From: Emiliania huxleyi CCMP1516
Lineage: Eukaryota
Reading direction: 5' to 3'
Assembly (NCBI RefSeq): GCF_000372725.1
Contig: NW_005202176.1
Coordinates: forward strand, 104,240 to 168,239
Length of the DNA: 64,000 bases
A program made the translations under genes and the position numbers. Shown piece after piece: positions 57,605 to 64,000 of the stretch. Numbering within the stretch: the stretch's first letter is position 1; every line of letters starts with the position of its first letter. Below the pieces are notes generated by a model. That model saw only the letters and a program-made list of their open reading frames with translations, was not told the DNA's origin and searched no databases.

Positions 57605-59356
57605 TCAAGCCCCTGGGAGCGTCACCTTGCCCTCCTTGATTTGCGCCCAGAGCTCTGGCGTGAGCTCGCCCATGCTATCGCGCGCCGTCGAGCCGTCTGC
57701 GCCCGTGCGAACGTATTGGACCTGCGGGGCCTGCGACAGCGACGACACCTTCTCGCCCGGAGCGGCTCCGACGTGCCAGAAGTCTGCAAGCACGCGCATA
57801 CGCTCGGCGATTCGCGCGTGCAAGTCCGTCGAATTTGTCAGCTCGTGTGCCCTCGCCAGCGTCATTGCCGCCTCCCGTGTACGCCCCTCGGCGAGGAGCG
57901 CCGAGCCAACCAGGTAGCCAACTTGCGAGTTGGAGAGCTCGAGCGCGCCCGCCTGCCTCAGCCGCAGGCCGGCCAGACGAGTGAAGTGCGAGGAGCTGCC
58001 GTGCAGCGCAAAGCGCAGCTCCTCGATCGCCTCTTCGGCGCGGCTCGACGCGTTGAGAGCCATACCGAGGTTGAAGTGCGCCCCAGCAGCCGGCGCCATC
58101 GACTGGATGTGGTGTGGCGCGCGGCCGTGCAGCTCGAGCACGCGGCGAAAGGTGGCCTCCGCCTCAGCGTGCTTGCCCAGGTTCATCTCGCACACGCCCA
58201 GGTTATTGTGGAAGAGCACCTCGTCCGGGCTCAGGCTCACCGCCTGCCTGAAGTGCTGCAGCGCCGCGCCGTGCTGCCCTTTCTCCATCTCGAGGTTGCC
58301 CAGCTCGTAGTGCGGCCAGGCATACTCGGGCGCGAGCCGCATCGCCTTCTCGTACGCCTTGGTTGCCGCCTCGAGGTCGGGCTTCTCCGGGTGGCTGAAA
58401 TACTTGTACCGCCGGCCCCATTGCGAGCTCACGAAGGCGCGCAGCAGCGTATCGCCTGCCGCCTCGCGCCCCTCGCGAACCGCAGCCAGCCCATCGAGCA
58501 ACAAGCCGCCCTCCTGGCGATCGACCCGGTTGAGCTTCCACCGTACGGTGCGCGCGGTGGCAGGCGGCCACTCCCCCGCTTTGAGCTGCTCCGCTAGCCG
58601 GCGCGCCTCGTCCAGTTGCAAGACAGAGCTCGAGAAGTTCATCGCCGGCTTGAGCGCGGCGTGGGAGGGAAAGAAGTCGGCGCTCTTGACAGTTTGGAAG
58701 CAGCCGCAGCTTGAGTCGGACTCCTCACGGCAGGCGTGAACTTGATCCTGCAGAGCGCTGTAGTCGATGCGCGCAAAGTGGATCCCCAGAGGGCGGATAG
58801 CGCGCAGCACGCGAAGCAGGAGCGGGTGGCCGGGCTGGGCGACGCTGATAAGCGAGTCGGAGAGGACGTGATACGCACTGAGGCCGTCTGGGCCCCACTC
58901 CTCCCATTGCTCCGACGGCTCCTCGAAGATCTGTAAGACTGAACCTTCGAGAATCGGGCCAAACGCACGAATGGCCTCCACGTCCGCGTCAGCGAAGATT
59001 CCCCCGTGAGCGTGGAGCACCAGGTATCGGCCAGCGTCCTCGCGCTGCACGTGTGTTGGCAGTGCGTGGAAGGTTTCGACGAACCAAGGGTACGACTCGT
59101 TGACAAGGGCTGAGAGAGCCGCTTCATCCCACAGCCGGTAGCTCCAGCCGGGGTTGTGTTTCATCCATGTGGCGCGCAGCTGCTCGCTGTGCGGAAGCAC
59201 CTCTCCGCGACGATGGATCTGATGCAGCAACTGGGGACTGGGTGTCTGTGCAGCGTCGGCAGCGCACGTCGGGTCGCGGTTCAGGAATGCTTGAGCCGTC
59301 GATGCCGACTCGGGGAGGCTGCACAAGCTGAGGGCGGTGACAAGAGAGAACGCCAT
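57605..59356 (-). CDS. Glycosyltransferase family 32 (DxD) domain fused to TPR repeats
   Basis: Signal MAFSLVTALSLCSL; 'LLHQI..TWMKHNPGWSYRLWD..YPWF..DAGRYLVLHAHGGIFADADV', 'PGHPLL'. TPRs 'AWPHYELG..HFRQAV.L.P', 'FHNNLG', 'AHFNLG'. Confidence 0.85.
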   Translation of the reverse strand: MAFSLVTALSLCSLPESASTAQAFLNRDPTCAADAAQTPSPQLLHQIHRRGEVLPHSEQLRATWMKHNPGWSYRLWDEAALSALVNESYPWFVETFHALPTHVQREDAGRYLVLHAHGGIFADADVEAIRAFGPILEGSVLQIFEEPSEQWEEWGPDGLSAYHVLSDSLISVAQPGHPLLLRVLRAIRPLGIHFARIDYSALQDQVHACREESDSSCGCFQTVKSADFFPSHAALKPAMNFSSSVLQLDEARRLAEQLKAGEWPPATARTVRWKLNRVDRQEGGLLLDGLAAVREGREAAGDTLLRAFVSSQWGRRYKYFSHPEKPDLEAATKAYEKAMRLAPEYAWPHYELGNLEMEKGQHGAALQHFRQAVSLSPDEVLFHNNLGVCEMNLGKHAEAEATFRRVLELHGRAPHHIQSMAPAAGAHFNLGMALNASSRAEEAIEELRFALHGSSSHFTRLAGLRLRQAGALELSNSQVGYLVGSALLAEGRTREAAMTLARAHELTNSTDLHARIAERMRVLADFWHVGAAPGEKVSSLSQAPQVQYVRTGADGSTARDSMGELTPELWAQIKEGKVTLPGA

Positions 59357-59832
59357 GACAGGTGCACCCTCGTTTGTCGGCGGCCGGCTCGGCGGGCACT
59401 CGGCGGGCGCTTCCACGTTCCACGTCCACACCCAGCACACCGGCCCACAGGGATACCCGGCGCGAGACGGACAGTCTATGAAGGCCAATTATACACACAT
59501 AAATACGTGCGGTTCGAAGTGCACACACACGTCGGTCTGTGCCGCTCGCTACCGGTACCGCTGGCTGGGGCGTCATGTACACATGTTGAGAGAGAGACTC
59601 TAGCAGGGCGCCGAGCGTCCAACCGGGATTTCTTTTTATTCTTCCCGCCGCGGAGGTCGGCGAGAGTGTGTGCCGCCAAGGCGGAACGCACTCAGGGACA
59701 GTGCCGACGGGACGCGGCTCGAAGGGCGTGGCTCCGCAGCGCGGCTGGCACTCGTCGCAGAGGCCTCGCCTTCGACAAGCAAGTCGGGAACGGCTCTACC
59801 CGCAACTTTCTCGCTAACACGGTTACTCGATC

Positions 59833-59903
59833 GTGTTTGACGACGTCAAACAGTGTTTGACGACGTCAAACAGTGTTTGACGAGTTTGACGACGTCAAAC
59901 ACT
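59833..59903. repeat. Tandem 20-bp palindromic repeat (GTGTTTGACGACGTCAAACA)
   Basis: About 3.5 units, each containing GTTTGACG-A-CGTCAAAC. Confidence 0.9.
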
Positions 59904-60438
59904 AGTGGAGAATGGCCGTGCTGGCGTGCTCCTCTCCACGAGCGATTGAGAGGACGTACCAAGTGTCGATTCTGTATAGAATTGCGAGGCGCACACGCTG
60001 GTGCAGGCGGCGTACCGGCCTACTGCGTGTTGATGCTCTGCATGCTTGCCTTTCCGCAGATCTTCTTCCCCAACCTCCACGCTTGCCACACAGACGGCGC
60101 GAATGCCGAGCACCTGGTTGATCTGATTTAGCTTTTGGGATGTAGACAAAAACACTCTCTCTGGGATGTAGACGGCCGTAGGATGTAGGTAGAGAGGTTT
60201 GCATTTGCGTTCCTGCTGCGTTTGGGTTCCGGGCACAATGAATTCTTTTTTCGCTTCGAAAATTCTTTTTGCCGGCTACAGTGTACAGCGGGGAGGTGTG
60301 TCCCGTGAAGGTTCACGGGGCCGACTACAGTGTATCCCACGGCAAAGCGCCGCTGCCGAACTCAGTACCGCACACCCTAGCGAGCGAAATCCTCTTGCCT
60401 TCCCAAAGGCCTTGCCTTTTAAGCAGCCGCCCGCGCCG

Positions 60439-61611
60439 ATGGCCTCCCACCGCATCGGCGCCCGCGTCGCGGGCCTCTCGCCAGAGCAGCTGTGCGCCAT
60501 CATCGAGGCGCAGGCGGGCGCGAGCGACGCCGCGCTGCGCGTGGCGGAGGAGCACGCCGCACGGCTCGTGGAGCAGCCCGAGTGGATCCTCTCCGAGGTC
60601 CTCCTCTCGCCGGACCTCGCCCCGCACATCCTCGCCCACCTGCCGACCAAGGAGCACGCCGCCAAGGGTACGTGCCGCGCGTGGCGCCGCGGCTGGAAGG
60701 AGACGCTGAAGAAGCGCGAGAGGCCGCGCCTGCACGTGTTCGGCGGCGAAGACACCGATGGACGCGTCATCAGCTCGGTGGAGCAGTACGACTTTGCTAC
60801 GAATGCGTGGGAGGAGGAGGCGATGGCGCCGATGCTGACGGCACGAAGTTTTGTCGGCACGGCGGTGCTCGATGACAAGCTCTACGCGGCGGGCGGCCTG
60901 AATGAGGCTGAAGGCGCAACTTCCAACCTGGTGGAGCGGTGCGACCTGGCTGCGAACGCGTGGGAGGCGGTGGCGCCGATGGCAGAGGCGCGGCATGCTC
61001 CCGCCGTCGCAGCGCTCGACGGCAAGCTGTACGCTGTGGGCGGATCGAATGGCGAAGGCTATGCCCTCAGCTCGGCGGAGCGGTACGATCCTGTGACGAA
61101 TGCGTGGGAGGAGGTGGCGCCGATGGCGACGGCGCGGATTAATCACGCCACGGCGGTGCTGGATGGCAACCTGTACGCCGTGGGAGGATACAACGACGAC
61201 GACGGCTACCTCTGGGATGTGGAGCGGTACGACTTGGGTACGAATGCGTGGGAGGCGGTGGCGTCGATGGCGGAGGCGCGGAGTGTTCATGGCGTGGCGG
61301 TGCTCGACGGCAAGCTGTACGCTGTGGGCGGGTACGACGGCGGCCGCCTCAGCTCGGTGGAGCGGTACGACCCGGGGACGGATGCGTGGGAGGCTGTGGC
61401 GCCGCTGACGCTGGCTCGCTTCGGGGCCGGGGTGGCGGCGCTGGAAGGCAAGTTGTACGCTATGGGCGGCAGAATCGAGGAGGACGACGAGGCTGCTGAG
61501 CTGGACAGGCCGGCTAACACGGTGGAGCGGTTCGACCCGGCCTCGAACGCCTGGGAGGAGGTGGCGCCGATGGCGACGGCACGGACCTTTCCTTTCGCGC
61601 TCCTGATGTAG
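60439..61611 (+). CDS. F-box-like + kelch-repeat protein (paralogue 2)
   Basis: First ~100 aa nearly identical to the 45506 gene, followed by six kelch repeats. Intronless. Confidence 0.9.
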   Translation: MASHRIGARVAGLSPEQLCAIIEAQAGASDAALRVAEEHAARLVEQPEWILSEVLLSPDLAPHILAHLPTKEHAAKGTCRAWRRGWKETLKKRERPRLHVFGGEDTDGRVISSVEQYDFATNAWEEEAMAPMLTARSFVGTAVLDDKLYAAGGLNEAEGATSNLVERCDLAANAWEAVAPMAEARHAPAVAALDGKLYAVGGSNGEGYALSSAERYDPVTNAWEEVAPMATARINHATAVLDGNLYAVGGYNDDDGYLWDVERYDLGTNAWEAVASMAEARSVHGVAVLDGKLYAVGGYDGGRLSSVERYDPGTDAWEAVAPLTLARFGAGVAALEGKLYAMGGRIEEDDEAAELDRPANTVERFDPASNAWEEVAPMATARTFPFALLM

Positions 61612-61900
61612 ACTTGTAGAGAGGGGCATAGGTGATGTTCTCGAGGTGAATATCCTTTGGCCGCGTTGGGCTGTGAGCTGTGAGGGGCCGCTTTTATGGA
61701 CCCGACGGGACGGGCGAGGGCGAGACGAGACGGAGCTATGAGCGCCTCGCCGTCCTCGCTGCTCGCAGGAGTCGCTTAGGCGGCTCCCGTGGTGTACCTG
61801 TGTTAGTGCCAGTGCGCGCCGGTCCCGTGCCCAGTGCTGTGCGAGGGGATTGGAAAATTCTTATCTTGCTCTCCCGAATTTTACAAAAGAAGAATTTTAA

Positions 61901-63497
61901 AGGCCCACTACAAGCCCCCTTTCGACTTTGAGCAAGTGGTACCACTTGGCCGCCGCTGCCTCCTGAGCACCCCCACGCCGGTTGTCGCTGCTCTCCGCCC
62001 ACCAGCCGGCCACAGGCCGCCACCCTCGCCGGCCGGCGTCGCGAGAACGGCCAGACTCGACCGACCGGGTGTCGCGCCGCTGCCTGCTTCTCGCGCCGCT
62101 GTAGCAGCGCCAGCGGCTTGGCCGCGCATCCTTCACACACGCTGCCACAACCAAGCTGAGCGAGCCCAGTGTCGAGGTCTGGTGCGAGCTGCATGCGAGG
62201 GGCGGCTGTGGCCACAGCAGGTCCACCAGACGGACCTCAAAGCTTGCCGTATGCGAGGTGTTGTGGAGAGATTTCCAGAGGTCATCGTCGGCGCCTAAAA
62301 CCGTGAAATGTCCCGACTTGCAGCCCTCATGCACCAGGTGCATGGATTCAGTCATAATATGTAGGCCTTCTATCCCGAAGTTTTGAGCGATAGCCGCAAA
62401 CAACACTTTTTGGCACTTGCATCGCGACAAGGTCACACGCGGACTCTCCAGCCTCTCAGCTCACGAGCTCGCCTTTCCTGTCGCTCTCCTGGCCCAGTCC
62501 CATCAGTAGCAAGCCTGAGCTGTCCCAGACCGCACTTATCTCGGGTCTTCAAGCTCACACCGGCTCGTGATGCCACGGAGAGAGCTCGAGATTGCCCCGG
62601 TGGACCCCATCCGAGGCGATTGCGAGGGCTTTCCGGAGGTCATTATCGGCGCCACCGACTGTGAAATGTCCTGTTCCACAGTTCCCATGCACCAGGTGCA
62701 TGGATTCACTCATAATATGTAGGCCTTCTCTCCCAATCTTTTGAGCACTAGCCGCAAACGGCGCTTCTTGGCACTTCATCGCGACACATCCAGGTGCCGA
62801 CAAAGCGGCTTCCCAGCTCACCACCTCGCCATCTCTGTCGCTCTCCTGGCCCAGGCCCATCAGTATCAAGTCTGAGCTGTCCCATACCGTCCTTGTTTTG
62901 GATGATGAAGCCCACTCTGGCTCATACCACGGCTCTTACGGCCTCACACACGCCCGTTTCACCCACAGACACCGCCGGCACGCACTCCCACTTCACACAT
63001 GCTCAAGCACAACCCCACCAAAGCACAGCCCTGATCAGAATGGGCAAGGGCTACCACCTGGTGACCCTGGTAGCCTCTGGCTCGCCACTGCACTCGGCTC
63101 CTCTGCAGCGGTCTCGCGCTCTCGCCACGACAGCACGCCGACGGCAAGCTTTGAGGTCCGTCTGGTGGACCTGCTGTGGCCACAGCCGCCCCTCGCATGC
63201 AGCTCGCACCAGACCTCGACACCGGGCTCGCTCAGCTTGGTTGTGGCAGCGTGTGTGAAGGATGCGCGGCCAAGCCGCTGGCGCTGCTACAGCGGCGCGA
63301 GAAGCAGGCAGCGGCGCGACACCCGGTCGGTCGAGTCTGGCCGTTCTCGCGACGCCGGCCGGCGAGGGTGGCGGCCTGTGGCCGGCTGGTGGGCGGAGAG
63401 CAGCCAGGAGGACTCCAGAGTAGCCAGCAACACCAAGCAACGGGCGAGCGCACAGCGAGCGCAAACACAGCTCTGAGAAAGGGCGGGTAGTGGGCCT
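61901..63497. mobile_element. Non-autonomous Kolobok-like DNA transposon (TTAA TSD)
   Basis: TTAA|AGGCCCACTAC ... GTAGTGGGCCT|TTAA. Internal ~260-bp inverted repeat (~61987-62245 vs ~63145-63405) and a diverged direct repeat with ~360-bp period. Confidence 0.8.
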
Positions 63498-63666
63498 TTA
63501 AAAAGATCTCAAAAGAAGAAAAACGCTCGAAAGCGGCCCATACGCTGCCGTGGCGCCCCCTCTGTGTGTTGGCCCGCTCCGGCCGCGACGATGACTACAC
63601 GGTGCCTTCTGCTCGTGGCTCTCTCGGCGCTCGCTTCCGCTGACGAGGAAAAGCCTTATGAGGTTC

Positions 63667-64000
63667 CTACTTCAATCGACGGCGCCTTCTTCGCGTCTTA
63701 AGCTGCAGCACGCCCTCGCCGTGGCCGAGAAGGCCCGGAAACTCCACCTCTTCGTCCTCGTCCTTTTTTTCTCCTCGCCCTCCTCGTCCTCCGCTGCCGT
63801 GCCGCACGACGAGCCGCCCCTCGCCGTCGATGAAGACGCTGTGTTGACCGCCTGCCGCCGCCCTCGCCAGCGGGGTCGCGCGCAGCAACGCAGCGAAGCA
63901 CAGCCACCGCACGGCACACAGCTCTCGCCCTCTGGCTGCGCCGGCAGCTCGTAGCCGGCCTCTCGCAGGCGCAAGCGGATGCCCTCCTCCGCGAGCGAGG
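63667..64000 (-). pseudogene. RCC1-like repeat fragment (degenerate or partial; runs to the window edge)
   Basis: 'AAAGGQHSVFIDGEGRL...CG...FPGLLGHGEG' with an apparent frame disturbance and an early stop. Confidence 0.5.

Noticed and set aside
59833..59903. CRISPR-like palindromic repeats
   Set aside because: Units are directly adjacent with no spacers, there are no cas genes, and the context is eukaryotic.
45506..61611. Kelch paralogues as DGR template and variable regions
   Set aside because: Differences include indels and all base types, not adenine-specific changes.

Overview
GC-rich eukaryotic nuclear DNA with short spliceosomal introns, many with GC donors. The intron style, microsatellites, GGGGAGATAT minisatellite and bipartite plastid-targeting leaders suggest a haptophyte such as Emiliania/Gephyrocapsa huxleyi; this is an inference, not a database match. 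About 20 protein genes are supported: GT31, a cation/H+ antiporter-like protein with RCK domains, AP2-like, GST, Mpv17/PMP22, FKBP, UVR-domain, ankyrin, plastid rpl11, LSm7, mRNA cap N7-methyltransferase, tesmin/CXC, GT32-TPR and two F-box-like/kelch paralogues. Mobile DNA includes an intact CRE-like non-LTR retrotransposon ORF with an N-terminal RING finger, several non-autonomous DNA transposons with readable termini, and captured gene fragments. The most notable observations are (1) a single-pass receptor-like protein joining a sugar-binding periplasmic-binding-protein ectodomain to a cytoplasmic HET/TIR-like domain, and (2) an intronless kelch cassette sitting between two copies of a ~300-bp host segment, fused in frame to the cap-methyltransferase start. 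All family calls come from motif recognition by eye; no searches were run.
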